This document shows, piece by piece, positions 48,095-58,588 of a stretch of 64,000 bases of DNA. Position numbers and translations under genes: made by a program. Source of the stretch: Giardia intestinalis (taxonomy: Eukaryota); assembly GCA_000002435.2 (NCBI GenBank), contig CM018792.1; one strand, given 5' to 3'. The number at the start of each line of letters is the position of its first letter. Within the stretch, counting starts at the first letter, position 1. Under the pieces are notes generated by a model. That model had not been told where the DNA came from, did not search any database, and was given only the letters and a program-made list of their open reading frames with translations.

Positions 48095-49981
48095 ATGGAT
48101 GAGTGGTTCCTCGCGGCCCGGAAAAACGACGCAGAGCTGTTACTGTCTCGGCTAGATGAATGTTCTGGAATATTCAACAATAAGGGAGCCACTGCTCTCA
48201 TGGTGGCGGCAGCTCAAGGAAATCTCGAGGTCGTTGCACTTCTCATTGAAACAGAGGGTACCATAACGCGTCCAACCGGCTGGACAGCATTGATGGAGGC
48301 TGCGTACCATGGGCAAGCACGAGTTGTGCAGATGCTTGCCCTCGATTTAGCTGGAAGACAGCTTATTGAGGAAGATGGAATATTCAGCAGAGGGTCGACC
48401 GCTCTGATTGTAGCAGCAACCCTTGGGCACTGTGAGTGCGTATCAGCTCTTTTAGAATATGAGAAAGAGATCAGCCGTTGGACCGATGAGTTCATTCAAC
48501 TCTTCAAAGGCCAAGAGGCTTGCTTGGCTACTGTGCACGACAGCGCCGGTCACACACCCCTGATGTATTATGCAATGCATTCCCACAAAGGCTTGTTTGC
48601 CTTTGACTTACATCGGAGGACAGAAGCAAAGCTCTCTGCAGGACGTCTGGACTTCGCAGGGTATTCGGCTCTGATGCACGCAGTACGCACCGACAATATT
48701 GACTTTCTTGCCTATGTCTTGAGTGAGTGCCCACTGGAGCTACGAATAATTTCTCCTCGCTCGAGAATGTATTCTGCACTTATGATGGCCGCAGAATTAG
48801 GAAATCTCGAGGCATCCGAGCTTCTTGCCTCAGAAGAAGCTGGGCTTGCAAACCCTTATGGACTGTGTGCGCTCGATATTGCTATTATCCACGGCCATTA
48901 CGACATCGTTCTCTTGCTTGCTCCGACAGAGGCACACATAGCAATTCATAGAGGATGTACCTGCATTCATACACTAGAGCCAGGAATGACTCCCACAGAC
49001 ATAGCAGCTAAATATGGAAGCCCAGAGATGTTATCGATCCTCTCACAAAGAACTAAGCCGCCGCTAACTCTTTCAACTTTAATGACAGGTAGTGGAGGCA
49101 CACACCCTGACTCCCTAGCTCTTCTCAGATCAGCAGTTCCTTTATCCTCTCGACATCACCACGATGTTGAATCTGATCAATTGTCTTTGAGATCCTTTGC
49201 AACCAGTTCCGAAGAGCTTCCACCAGACACCAGCAATGACTATGGAAGCATCGAGGAGCTTAGAGAGAAGCTGTCCAACTTGCGTGAGGCAAACACTGAG
49301 CTTCGACAGAGGTTGAAGCAGATTGATGATGAGCACAATAGAGCAAAAGGTGACTTGCAAGAGCTAGCCTTTAGTCTTAGGAAACAAGAGAAAGAGCATT
49401 TGCAACGAGAAGAAGCCCTCAAGGAAGCTTTGCAAGCGGCGAAGGACAACTTAGAGCGCTCTGTAGGCTACTCTCAAGAGGTCTTCCAAGAAAACGATAG
49501 TCTTAGACAGAAGCTTGCGCATGCAAGAGATGTTCTGATGGCACTTCGCACAGAAAGGCAGCAGACTAATATCCACGACACAGCGCTCTTAGCTGAGCAT
49601 TCGCTTCTCTTAAAAGAGCTGCGCAAACTTGAGTGGACTGCACTTGGACTTCACTCAAAGGAGTCAACAATGCGTGCTCTCATAACACGGTTTACTAACT
49701 TCTACAATGAGCTCACCAGGGTTGTCAAGTCATCTTCACGACAGTCTGGAGACGATCCACAGAGGCATTCACAGATAGTGTCAGGGGATCAGACAGACTA
49801 CGAGGCCAACCTTTCTCAAATAGTTGCCGATTTCGTCAACGAGTCTCTTGACGAGGTTGTATTTCCGCCAACAAGAGACAGCTCGCTATGCTTGGAGCAG
49901 AGCTCTGAGTGTAGCATGCGCAACATTGAGGACACTAACGAGCGCTCGGAACATTGTCTACAATCAGAAACACACAGCTAA
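48095..49981 (+). CDS. Ankyrin-repeat plus coiled-coil protein (Protein 21.1 family)
   Basis: Ankyrin units include GATALMVAAAQGNLEVVALL, GWTALMEAAYHGQARVVQML and GSTALIVAATLGHCECVSALL. A C-terminal coiled coil follows (LREKLSNLREANTELRQRLKQIDDEHNRAKGDLQELA...). The ORF-track start at 48065 is TTG; the first ATG is at 48095. Confidence 0.8.
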   Translation: MDEWFLAARKNDAELLLSRLDECSGIFNNKGATALMVAAAQGNLEVVALLIETEGTITRPTGWTALMEAAYHGQARVVQMLALDLAGRQLIEEDGIFSRGSTALIVAATLGHCECVSALLEYEKEISRWTDEFIQLFKGQEACLATVHDSAGHTPLMYYAMHSHKGLFAFDLHRRTEAKLSAGRLDFAGYSALMHAVRTDNIDFLAYVLSECPLELRIISPRSRMYSALMMAAELGNLEASELLASEEAGLANPYGLCALDIAIIHGHYDIVLLLAPTEAHIAIHRGCTCIHTLEPGMTPTDIAAKYGSPEMLSILSQRTKPPLTLSTLMTGSGGTHPDSLALLRSAVPLSSRHHHDVESDQLSLRSFATSSEELPPDTSNDYGSIEELREKLSNLREANTELRQRLKQIDDEHNRAKGDLQELAFSLRKQEKEHLQREEALKEALQAAKDNLERSVGYSQEVFQENDSLRQKLAHARDVLMALRTERQQTNIHDTALLAEHSLLLKELRKLEWTALGLHSKESTMRALITRFTNFYNELTRVVKSSSRQSGDDPQRHSQIVSGDQTDYEANLSQIVADFVNESLDEVVFPPTRDSSLCLEQSSECSMRNIEDTNERSEHCLQSETHS

Positions 49982-51257
49982 GGGCACCATAGGTTGCCAA
50001 GCCTAGTGGTGTAAGTCCGATAGGGTCCTCTGAGGCTAGGCCAGATAGTTTCCAATAGGACGGGGCAATAACTCGATCGTCATGGAGCTGAAGCACTCCT
50101 CGCAGAAGAAGAGCGTACATATCTGCAGTAGCCAGAAGCCCCAAATCTTTCGTTTCAAAATTGTACGCCTTATTTCCGACTGGGACGATATGAATACATG
50201 CTGAAAAGACAGTCTTTTCTCCGTGCTTTAGAACTATGGTATATGAATCGAACATGCTGACCCCACTAAGAAGCTTGTCATCGTTGTGCAGTGCCTCAAA
50301 TTCGTGAATATTCATATTCAATGCCTTGTATTTCAGCTCTCCCACATATCCATCGTGCTCAAACACATAGTGCCTGGGAAGACAGACTGTCAAGTGGCTG
50401 CTCTGCAAAACTAAATCGTACACCTCCTTACCCCTCTCTGTGTCTGATGCCCACGGCGATAAATCATCTGCAATACTCTGAGATTTGGTGCTTAGAAACT
50501 CTACCAGCATATAGTCACCAGGACCCAGCCACACAAATGTGTCCGGGCTCAGCAAAATGGGACTTCCGGGGCTAGCTCCCAATATATTCAGAAAGGGAAC
50601 AATGAAGAGAGCTTCACTCTGGAGCTGCAGAGCAGCTTGCTCAAAAGTGAATAGGGGCCTCTTTAAGGATGACAGCTCTGCCAGAAGCTTGGTCACAAGA
50701 GGCATGGGTGTGTTGCTCTCTTCTGACAACTTGGCTAAGGACTCAGAAAGCTTTTTGATAGTTGCAAACATCAGGGTGTAAAGCTTTTCTAGCATGCGCG
50801 ATGCGTTTCCAGCTGTGTATTCCCCTTCTGTATAATAGCACGTTGCCTGTACAAGTTCATCATACGACTCTTGTCCAATGAGCTGGACAAGGGCCTTTTG
50901 GATGGGGTCGTTGTGAAAACTTAGAAGGACCTGAAGCCCTTCTGGCCGCGCAAGCCCGACATATGCAAGCGAGTTAGTTGACAGAGGCATAATGAGCGAC
51001 GGGTATGGCACACCAGTGTGGCGATACAAGGTAGGGTAGGTGAAGCGATCCAGAGACAGTATCTTCATTGCTGAGTGATAAGGATGCGACGATTCTTCAT
51101 CCAAAAGGCGAACAGTGAGGCTTTCAAGACGATCACTCTCTCCATCGTTAGACCCGCCAAGCTGAGATGGGTCCGGATGAAATGTTACAACTGCAGACGC
51201 ATCCGGACAACGCCCGAGCGGGCTTCTCTTCACGCTCACATCCAGGGGCTCACGCAT
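49935..51257 (-). CDS. Hypothetical protein (about 440 aa)
   Basis: The ORF-track start at 51266 is TTG; the first ATG is at 51257. Its 3' end overlaps the convergent ankyrin gene by 46 nt. Confidence 0.5.
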   Translation of the reverse strand: MREPLDVSVKRSPLGRCPDASAVVTFHPDPSQLGGSNDGESDRLESLTVRLLDEESSHPYHSAMKILSLDRFTYPTLYRHTGVPYPSLIMPLSTNSLAYVGLARPEGLQVLLSFHNDPIQKALVQLIGQESYDELVQATCYYTEGEYTAGNASRMLEKLYTLMFATIKKLSESLAKLSEESNTPMPLVTKLLAELSSLKRPLFTFEQAALQLQSEALFIVPFLNILGASPGSPILLSPDTFVWLGPGDYMLVEFLSTKSQSIADDLSPWASDTERGKEVYDLVLQSSHLTVCLPRHYVFEHDGYVGELKYKALNMNIHEFEALHNDDKLLSGVSMFDSYTIVLKHGEKTVFSACIHIVPVGNKAYNFETKDLGLLATADMYALLLRGVLQLHDDRVIAPSYWKLSGLASEDPIGLTPLGLATYGALSCVFLIVDNVPSAR

Positions 51258-51339
51258 CCAGGTCAATCTGTCCGCAGAGTCCCAAAAAATATTTTATATT
51301 TTAAATCTGAATTTCGTTGTCATTAAAGCGGGGCTAGCG

Positions 51340-51738
51340 ATGCCCGAGATCACAGTTAAGGTGAGGAAGGTCCTCAATAACCCGCTCCTTCAGCGCCAGC
51401 AGTGTGTCGTGGATGTACTTCACCCGGGGTGCACCTACGAGTCCAAAGAGGCCATCAAGGCCAAAGTTGCTCAACAACTCAAGGTCGCTGACCAGAAGAA
51501 TATTGTCCTCTACGGATTTAAGACCTCCTTTGGTGGTGGGCACACGGTGGGGTTCTGCAACGCCTATCAGAACATGGACGCCCTCATGAAGTACGAGCCA
51601 GGGTTTCGCAAGATACGTTGCGGGCTCATCGAGGCGCCCAAGCCTGTCTCTCGCAAGCAGCTTAAGAATCTCAAGAACAGACGCTTGAAGAAGCGCGGTA
51701 CAGAAAAGGCCACCGTGACCCTTGGTGCTAAGAAGTAA
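51340..51738 (+). CDS. RPS24: 40S ribosomal protein S24e
   Basis: The 132-aa protein has S24e landmarks VHPG, YGFKTSFGGGHTVGFCNAYQNMDALMKYEP and KIRCGL, with a basic C-terminus. True ATG. Confidence 0.9.
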   Translation: MPEITVKVRKVLNNPLLQRQQCVVDVLHPGCTYESKEAIKAKVAQQLKVADQKNIVLYGFKTSFGGGHTVGFCNAYQNMDALMKYEPGFRKIRCGLIEAPKPVSRKQLKNLKNRRLKKRGTEKATVTLGAKK

Positions 51739-52954
51739 ATGCTCGAGCCTCTCCTAGGATTGCTGCAGTGAATAGGCCTAACGGGGCACCTTCGGGAGAG
51801 CGGGCAGAGGGCAGGATTTGGGGCATGCTTGCAATGGTAGGGAACGGGCGAGAGTGTATCAGGAAGGAGTACTGACCCATGATGCTTGTGTAAAGCTGCT
51901 CTCCTTGGGCTTGAAAAGGGCTCGTTTGAAGATTACTGATGACGTCAGAAGGCGCAAACAGACGCACTCTGTAGGCGCTCTCATCCTCATCATCTCCTCT
52001 AATCACAATGGCCGGGTAGAGGGGTCCTGAATCGTCCAGCAGAAACGGACGTAGAGGTGGCGGAACACTGGTGAATGGGATTGATGAGAAGTATGACACA
52101 TAGCGGTCTCTGACAGCGCTGAGTAGTGACGCCGGGCATGACTGTGCATAAACACAGATATCTTTGCAAAGCACCGAAAGAGCCTCCAAGTCTCCTCTAT
52201 GGCTGGGCGCTGACCCTCCGCACCGGGACTGCATACTGTGTAAGAGGTTCATTAGAGGGTTAAGAGATAGCACAGTTGAGATCATATCAATATTAAGTAA
52301 CGCCATATGATAGAAGAGCCTTGCAACGGTGCCTCTAATAGCCTCAATCACCTCACATGATTTGGTGAGCATCTGTTGCAGTCCCCGTACATAGGTAGTG
52401 TTGTAAATAGTTGTCAATTGTTCCGATAGCTGAGGTGAACTCTGCTTGCAGACTCCCCGCAGAAATGTAGATTTGGAAAATAGAACTCCATAGAAATAAA
52501 TTATCACTATTCTGTTTTCAGGGGGAATGTCACAAATTTTAAATAAATCCCTTTTCTTATTTATTATTTTATCAGAGATTGCCTGTGTGGCAGCCAAAAT
52601 TAAAATATCGAAAACATTATCAGGGTCAAGAAATCTGAAGCGGTTCGCTGGCTGTTTTAGATTGCAGGCCAAACCATCACGAACGGAAGCGTTAATCCAC
52701 GTGGCATAATCCCGAGTAAATTGCACCCTCTGCAGCAACGGAGCAAGAATGAGGTCAACCAGGGCCCTTCCTGCGTTGGGACAGGGAAGCTGGAAAAAGA
52801 GCGAGGCACAAGTGATTGTCGTCTCATAAACATCTGACGGGTCATCGAGGCGGGAGATCATTTCGGTGAACGCTGATATGAGGGAAAGAAGCTTACGCTC
52901 TGCCTGAGCTCCATCCTCAAAGAAGCTGAGAGAACTCTGCAATATTTGGTGCAT
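51728..52954 (-). CDS. Hypothetical protein, 408 aa
   Basis: True ATG start. Its 3' end overlaps RPS24's 3' end by 11 nt. No domain recognised. Confidence 0.5.
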   Translation of the reverse strand: MHQILQSSLSFFEDGAQAERKLLSLISAFTEMISRLDDPSDVYETTITCASLFFQLPCPNAGRALVDLILAPLLQRVQFTRDYATWINASVRDGLACNLKQPANRFRFLDPDNVFDILILAATQAISDKIINKKRDLFKICDIPPENRIVIIYFYGVLFSKSTFLRGVCKQSSPQLSEQLTTIYNTTYVRGLQQMLTKSCEVIEAIRGTVARLFYHMALLNIDMISTVLSLNPLMNLLHSMQSRCGGSAPSHRGDLEALSVLCKDICVYAQSCPASLLSAVRDRYVSYFSSIPFTSVPPPLRPFLLDDSGPLYPAIVIRGDDEDESAYRVRLFAPSDVISNLQTSPFQAQGEQLYTSIMGQYSFLIHSRPFPTIASMPQILPSARSPEGAPLGLFTAAILGEARAFTS

Positions 52955-53099
52955 GCCTGCAGGTCGAGAACTTTCTTTTTCTAAAAGACAACAGATTCTA
53001 ACGTGAGATTCTAAGGTAAACTAGTCATAATACGGCCCTACTCTCTTTGGGCGTGGGGTTCTATCTCAGTCCCGTCACTAAAAACTAAAATTTGTCCTG

Positions 53100-56000
53100 A
53101 TGACGAGCCAGTATGCAATGCGAGATCTATCTCCAGAGGATTACCCCGCCTGTAGCGAGCTCCTTTCAGACCCCATTTATGGACGACTCTTCGTCACGAC
53201 AGATTTGCAGCAGCTGCATACCATTTGCTCTTATGCCGCAGTGGCCGAGTCCGTGGCTGATAACGAGATATGTGCCATACTCATGGTAGCTCCGTTACCT
53301 CAGTTTTACCAGGATTTGAACCCAGAGCAGCAGCCGGCCTCTGCCCCCGGTACAAAGGTCCCCTCCTATTGGGTTGATTACATAGATCTGGTCTATGGTT
53401 GCGAAACCAGCGAGTTTGTTACTTCGTGGGTCCGAATGGCATACTGTTCTCCAGAACACAACATAGCTATGTCTGTCCTCGTTCAGGGGTACTTCAACTA
53501 TGACCCTTATCATGAAAATCTACTCCTTTTGTCCCACCCCTTTACCAGTCCTCCACCTTACTTACGCAAGATATTCCCAGAATTAGCAGCTGAGACCCCA
53601 GTGTCCCCCAGCATGTGCCACATCATGTGTTGTCTGCGCTCAGATGTTCTTCCTCCCCTCTCCGTCCGAAATGCAGACATGCGGGACCATGATGACTTGG
53701 TTTCGATCTTCGAATTACAAAATACATCTGTTAGAGCTCGCTTTGGGGAATTCTTTATCGCAGGGCTGATAACGTCGGCCAGCGCTGAACCGAGCCAAAA
53801 GATGTCTTTAGTTGCACTCGACTATGAGTCATATGCTCTTGAGTACAGAGCAAACGAGGCTAACGCAATACGTAAGCCCGTTTCTTTTCTTTACGTAGAG
53901 CGGTGCAATCCGCAATCCAGTGAGGACGCCAAGACAATCGAGAATCTCAAGAAAAGCCATTGTCTAGAAAGATATTCACTCCACAAGATTCCGCACGAAG
54001 ATCTCGGCTTTATACGCGCCACTGCTACCCTTCCTATAGCTGAGAGCCGCTGCGGGGAACTCATCAGCGCTGTCTTTGAGCAATGGCCCACTCTCGAAGC
54101 CATCCTTCTCACCCTACCCTCTGCAGCTACATGCACAGACATGCAAATGCTCAGGCTGTTCACTTTGATTGACCCTCGCTCCCCTCTTTCACCCCGAGAG
54201 TCACTCTTTGTGTGCCACAAGGATGCCTGGCTGGGTACAGTCACTATTAGACGTGTTAGGGATTTGCCCCTTCTGGAGGAGGCCTGCAGATACTTAGAGG
54301 CATCTCTTAAGCAAGAACGCCCGATCATTAACACTTCATCAACGCTTCACAAGGAGTTGGAGTCCTTGACCCCTCAATCGTCGTTTGGTACAATTATAGC
54401 ATGCAATGCTGTTGGAGATAGGCAAGTTCCCATTGCAGTCTGCATCTTGGACATGAACATAGCAACTGACGATCTACCAGGGGCCATGAGCGACTATCTC
54501 CAGGCCTATCACCTTACCTTGAGGGGTAAGGCATCTGACTGTGAGGTTCCGTGGGAACTCAACCATACAGATTCTGTCTGGATGCCGTCTCTCTGCTTGG
54601 GAAGCGCGCCCTGGTGCACAATGCATTATGATGAGGATCTGTCTAAGCATGCCTATCTGAGGGCATTCATCATTGACCCCTTGTTTGTACAACACAAGGA
54701 TACTATCCTTAATTCATGCATGCGTGTTGCCGGTGTGGACGGCTTTTTGCTTTCAATAGGGTCCACACTGCAAAAATCTATAAAGAAAGTTTATGATAAT
54801 GAAACAGGTATGTTTCAACAGATAGACTGTGACACCAATACAATTTTAACTTCATTTGAAAAGGACCTGTTTAGAGCATCTAGATACATACCTGCTGTAA
54901 CTCTTCTTCCCAGCGAACGAGATGAGCACGTTATAAAACCTGCAGCCCGCAAACACTTCGACGGTTCTATCCCAACTGGCCATCCAGAGAAGTCTGCTGA
55001 GAGGTTGCAGGACGAGGCTCGATTCAACAGCGTTATGCAGGAAGATCTAACCAGTGAGATCAAGACGTCAGCCCTCCGGGTATTAAATCCGTGTTTTAGT
55101 CTCTTTGCCCTGTGCCCTAGCGATCTCATCCATCACTTTACACCACCGCTCACCATCGCCAACACTACTGAGCCCCCATCCATCATTATCAAACCACCCG
55201 TTACCTTCACTGATAGACTTGTCCTTATAGGAGGAGGACTCGGGCTCATCTCCACGCTCACCACCATGCACGATTGTGCCGACCTGGCCCGCTTCAAGAA
55301 CATCGTTGTTGTGTCCCCACCCCCAGGCATTGTGACGCCCTATATAATTGACTACGAAAAATCAGAGTACGATCTCTGCTTTGATCACGGGGAGTCACTG
55401 CCTTCTGTCCGGGATCGAGCAATTCACCTGTTGTATGACATCTATATAGGTGAGATATTAGAGCTTTCTCTGAATAACGGGCTGCTGAAGCTCGCAAGTG
55501 GCGCTGAATTTGGGTTTGATATCATTATGTTGTGCCCAGAGGGCAGCGACGCAGAATCATTCAGATTGGTTCCTAGCTTCAATCTTAATTCGGCTGCGTC
55601 CTTTGCATATGGCATCGTTGACCCGTCCGGAGCAAGTAATGCAGGTCAACTCTCACAGCTTCAAGGTAACGCTCTCAATACCCGTGGATTTAAGGATCAA
55701 GAAATTATACCAGTTCTGTCACAAGCCAGATCATATAGTAGTCTGCTTTCGTGCATGATCAATGAGCGTGTCCTGGAAAGCTCTTCCTCCAAGGAGGCGA
55801 CGTACTACGAGCAGCTGCTTGCGCCAAGGCTGAATGCACGTTTGTTTATGCGTTATCTTACTCAAGACGAGCCCCTTTCCAAGCGACAGCTGTCTGCTCT
55901 CTATAACAGCACGTTGACGGCTAATCTAAACACTTGCATCAATCTTTTATATAGTCCTTACATCTTGAAGCAGCTTAATGCAAAGAGTAGCAGCGCGACG

Positions 56001-58580
56001 ACCAATAAGGAAGATGAAAACATAGTTACTAGTAGCGCCGCAACCACTGCTACGAAAGGGACAGCGCAGCAGCCGTCTGGGGAGGAGGAGCAGAAGCCAA
56101 CGTCTCAGCTTGGGCCCTATAGGCTTCTTTCGCCGTATGCAAAGTCCAGCCAAATAATTCAGGCTTCGTCCCCGAGCGCCATGCTAGAGCTCCCTCTTCT
56201 ATGTAAAAGGCTTGCAGACATCACTAACGAAGCTAGAAATCAACTCTTCCCGTCTCTGACCCAGGAGAAGCCTGGAAAGGGGGTAAAAGGCCAGACTGCT
56301 GCGCCTACAACTACTGCATCAGTTGTCGATGCCGCTAGGGTGTCAGTTGCCGTTGTTGGAGATACGTTTGAATCATTCAGCATCATACGCTGTCTGCTCG
56401 ACTCGGGAGTTGCTCCGTCTTCTATCTTCTTGCTCATACCTCTAGATCCCACCGTGACTGTCGATCAAACAGAAACCCGCAACGATGCAATGCTAGATAA
56501 TCTCGTCGCACCTCCTGGGTACGGACAATATGCCATTCGCAGCAACAGCATCATGCCCATGGATCCTACTAAGCGGGTTACAATGCGCCAATCTGAGATG
56601 GCAGCCAGGGGCGTATCCGACAACTCTACATCTCAGTATGCTGAAAAGCGCTCCGAAGCATTCCCCCGTGACTTGCATGCATACATTCTCGAAGAAATGA
56701 ACAAGTTGGGGATTAATATATTAAAGAACATACGAATACTGGACGTCCTCTGTTCCTTAAACGGATTATCAACGAAAGTGTTCGGTAAGATGCCAGGGTA
56801 TGGTAACGAAGAGGACGAGTCAGACGAGGAGGACGAATATTCCGATGAATCTGACGAAGACGAAGCACGCGACTACGATGCTGACGATTCAGCTCTTTCT
56901 GATAGTGAATCTGAAGAGGGCAGCGACAATGATGCAGATTCCCTTGATGAGAACAAGCTTGTAGCAATGGTGAAGGAAATCCGTGAGACCTTAGAGGAGC
57001 TCGACGCTGCGGACATATCTCTAAACTCTAGGATACCCAACTTTGCAGAAGAGCTGGAGGAGCTTGATGACGTCTGTGATGCTCTGTTGCTAGGAGACAT
57101 AAATGGTGTCCTTGTCCGATATCTTGCAGAAGGCGACCCAGAATTTGACCCCAGTGTTATGGATACTAATGAACAGCGTTTTGAGATCTTTCGCATTTTG
57201 AAGAAGCGCCTACACAAGTTGCAGCACGACGCAAAGAAGACGCTTTCAAAGAAGAAACGGTACCGGAAAAAGCTTTTCCTTGGTGCTAGCTTGTGCGGCC
57301 TCAGACTAGGTCTCCAAACAAACACAGCGTTTAACCCCGACGGCGAGATGAGTAGTGCATATGGCGATGACCTTCCTGGCTCCATTTTCCTGAATGCAGG
57401 CGCCATGACACGCATCATCACAGGGCCAACAGGAAGCATTGCACGCATGCAAATAAGCAACTCAGAGCCAAGCCCCCAAATGGGTTCGTTGGACATTCAT
57501 GTCTGCGCAGTGTTTCTCACGGAGAGCTTCGGGGTCCCATTCCATTACGCCAGTGCTCTAATGAGGTCCGATTTGGTGTTCGATAAGGCCCTGATAGTCA
57601 ATTCTAACGCACAAGCCTCTGATCCCAGGGTATACGCCGCTTGTAACCTAGGCAAGATAAGTCGCGCAACTTTACTACGGAGAATGCAGCAAAATAACAG
57701 CGCAACCAACTGCCTCTCCACCATGAAGATACCAATGGCCCCGCATGCACTGACAGCTGATCCCATCAAGCCAGTCGTAGATTGGAACCTCTTTTCTGCA
57801 TCTGAATCGGCCCGGTATGCTGTCTATCGGTTACTCAGTAAGCGGCTCCTGGACTTCGAAGTGCTAGACGACGACGGCCTTGTGCCAGAGTTCACTAACC
57901 CCCTTATTCTCAATTGCCGGGTAATCAGCGGCCATGTTTTCCGTGTCTCAAGGCCCCTAAGGGACGTTAGAGACCCCAGTCTTACTGTTGAAAAGTACTT
58001 CCGGGTCGTGGAAACAGGAAAGCTCTGTAAGCTTGAGAAGGGTGAGCGCTGGTGCCACCTCGAGGTCGATCCATTTGGCGTCGTCGATAGCATCACTATT
58101 TTCTCGGAGCAGGAGCTGCATCCAGACATTAAAGACACGCTATATAGAATAGTGGGCCTTCCTAGTGCTTTGCTTAACAACTTAGAGGGCCGATGGGCGC
58201 GCGGTGAAGTGGTGGATCTTATCGACTTCTTTTCGCGACCGCAGGTGCAGGTCCTTTTGAGTGACGCCATAAGGGCAACGATAGGGGAAATCGTGTCCGA
58301 CATCCTGACATCTCAGAATTTCCAGGATGTCATGGACAAGGTATGGTTGGGAGAGTACGTCGGAGATGATGCAAGGTCCGTTGGGGACATCTCTGCAGAG
58401 GCCCTACAGCCCAGCTTTGGAAAGGAGCTTCTGAAGGGATCTGCAAATGGGTCCAGAGCCATCGAGATCCTGATGATGATCAGCAAACAGTTGATGGAAG
58501 AGGCAAAGGGTAGATTCCCAGAGCTGGGAGAAGGCGCGGGGGAGCGAGGAAAGGTAGTCTTCACCCCCTTAGCACAGTAG
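53100..58580 (+). CDS. Very large hypothetical protein, 1826 aa, with an acidic Ser/Asp/Glu cluster and a Rossmann-like GGGLG motif. Possibly cilium-associated (speculative).
   Basis: Single uninterrupted ORF with a true ATG after ctaaaaactaaaatttg. An internal acidic run is NEEDESDEEDEYSDESDEDEARDYDADDSALSDSESEEGSDNDADSLDE. LVLIGGGLGLISTL resembles a dinucleotide-binding loop. Confidence 0.6.
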   Translation: MTSQYAMRDLSPEDYPACSELLSDPIYGRLFVTTDLQQLHTICSYAAVAESVADNEICAILMVAPLPQFYQDLNPEQQPASAPGTKVPSYWVDYIDLVYGCETSEFVTSWVRMAYCSPEHNIAMSVLVQGYFNYDPYHENLLLLSHPFTSPPPYLRKIFPELAAETPVSPSMCHIMCCLRSDVLPPLSVRNADMRDHDDLVSIFELQNTSVRARFGEFFIAGLITSASAEPSQKMSLVALDYESYALEYRANEANAIRKPVSFLYVERCNPQSSEDAKTIENLKKSHCLERYSLHKIPHEDLGFIRATATLPIAESRCGELISAVFEQWPTLEAILLTLPSAATCTDMQMLRLFTLIDPRSPLSPRESLFVCHKDAWLGTVTIRRVRDLPLLEEACRYLEASLKQERPIINTSSTLHKELESLTPQSSFGTIIACNAVGDRQVPIAVCILDMNIATDDLPGAMSDYLQAYHLTLRGKASDCEVPWELNHTDSVWMPSLCLGSAPWCTMHYDEDLSKHAYLRAFIIDPLFVQHKDTILNSCMRVAGVDGFLLSIGSTLQKSIKKVYDNETGMFQQIDCDTNTILTSFEKDLFRASRYIPAVTLLPSERDEHVIKPAARKHFDGSIPTGHPEKSAERLQDEARFNSVMQEDLTSEIKTSALRVLNPCFSLFALCPSDLIHHFTPPLTIANTTEPPSIIIKPPVTFTDRLVLIGGGLGLISTLTTMHDCADLARFKNIVVVSPPPGIVTPYIIDYEKSEYDLCFDHGESLPSVRDRAIHLLYDIYIGEILELSLNNGLLKLASGAEFGFDIIMLCPEGSDAESFRLVPSFNLNSAASFAYGIVDPSGASNAGQLSQLQGNALNTRGFKDQEIIPVLSQARSYSSLLSCMINERVLESSSSKEATYYEQLLAPRLNARLFMRYLTQDEPLSKRQLSALYNSTLTANLNTCINLLYSPYILKQLNAKSSSATTNKEDENIVTSSAATTATKGTAQQPSGEEEQKPTSQLGPYRLLSPYAKSSQIIQASSPSAMLELPLLCKRLADITNEARNQLFPSLTQEKPGKGVKGQTAAPTTTASVVDAARVSVAVVGDTFESFSIIRCLLDSGVAPSSIFLLIPLDPTVTVDQTETRNDAMLDNLVAPPGYGQYAIRSNSIMPMDPTKRVTMRQSEMAARGVSDNSTSQYAEKRSEAFPRDLHAYILEEMNKLGINILKNIRILDVLCSLNGLSTKVFGKMPGYGNEEDESDEEDEYSDESDEDEARDYDADDSALSDSESEEGSDNDADSLDENKLVAMVKEIRETLEELDAADISLNSRIPNFAEELEELDDVCDALLLGDINGVLVRYLAEGDPEFDPSVMDTNEQRFEIFRILKKRLHKLQHDAKKTLSKKKRYRKKLFLGASLCGLRLGLQTNTAFNPDGEMSSAYGDDLPGSIFLNAGAMTRIITGPTGSIARMQISNSEPSPQMGSLDIHVCAVFLTESFGVPFHYASALMRSDLVFDKALIVNSNAQASDPRVYAACNLGKISRATLLRRMQQNNSATNCLSTMKIPMAPHALTADPIKPVVDWNLFSASESARYAVYRLLSKRLLDFEVLDDDGLVPEFTNPLILNCRVISGHVFRVSRPLRDVRDPSLTVEKYFRVVETGKLCKLEKGERWCHLEVDPFGVVDSITIFSEQELHPDIKDTLYRIVGLPSALLNNLEGRWARGEVVDLIDFFSRPQVQVLLSDAIRATIGEIVSDILTSQNFQDVMDKVWLGEYVGDDARSVGDISAEALQPSFGKELLKGSANGSRAIEILMMISKQLMEEAKGRFPELGEGAGERGKVVFTPLAQ

Positions 58581-58588
58581 GATCCCTT

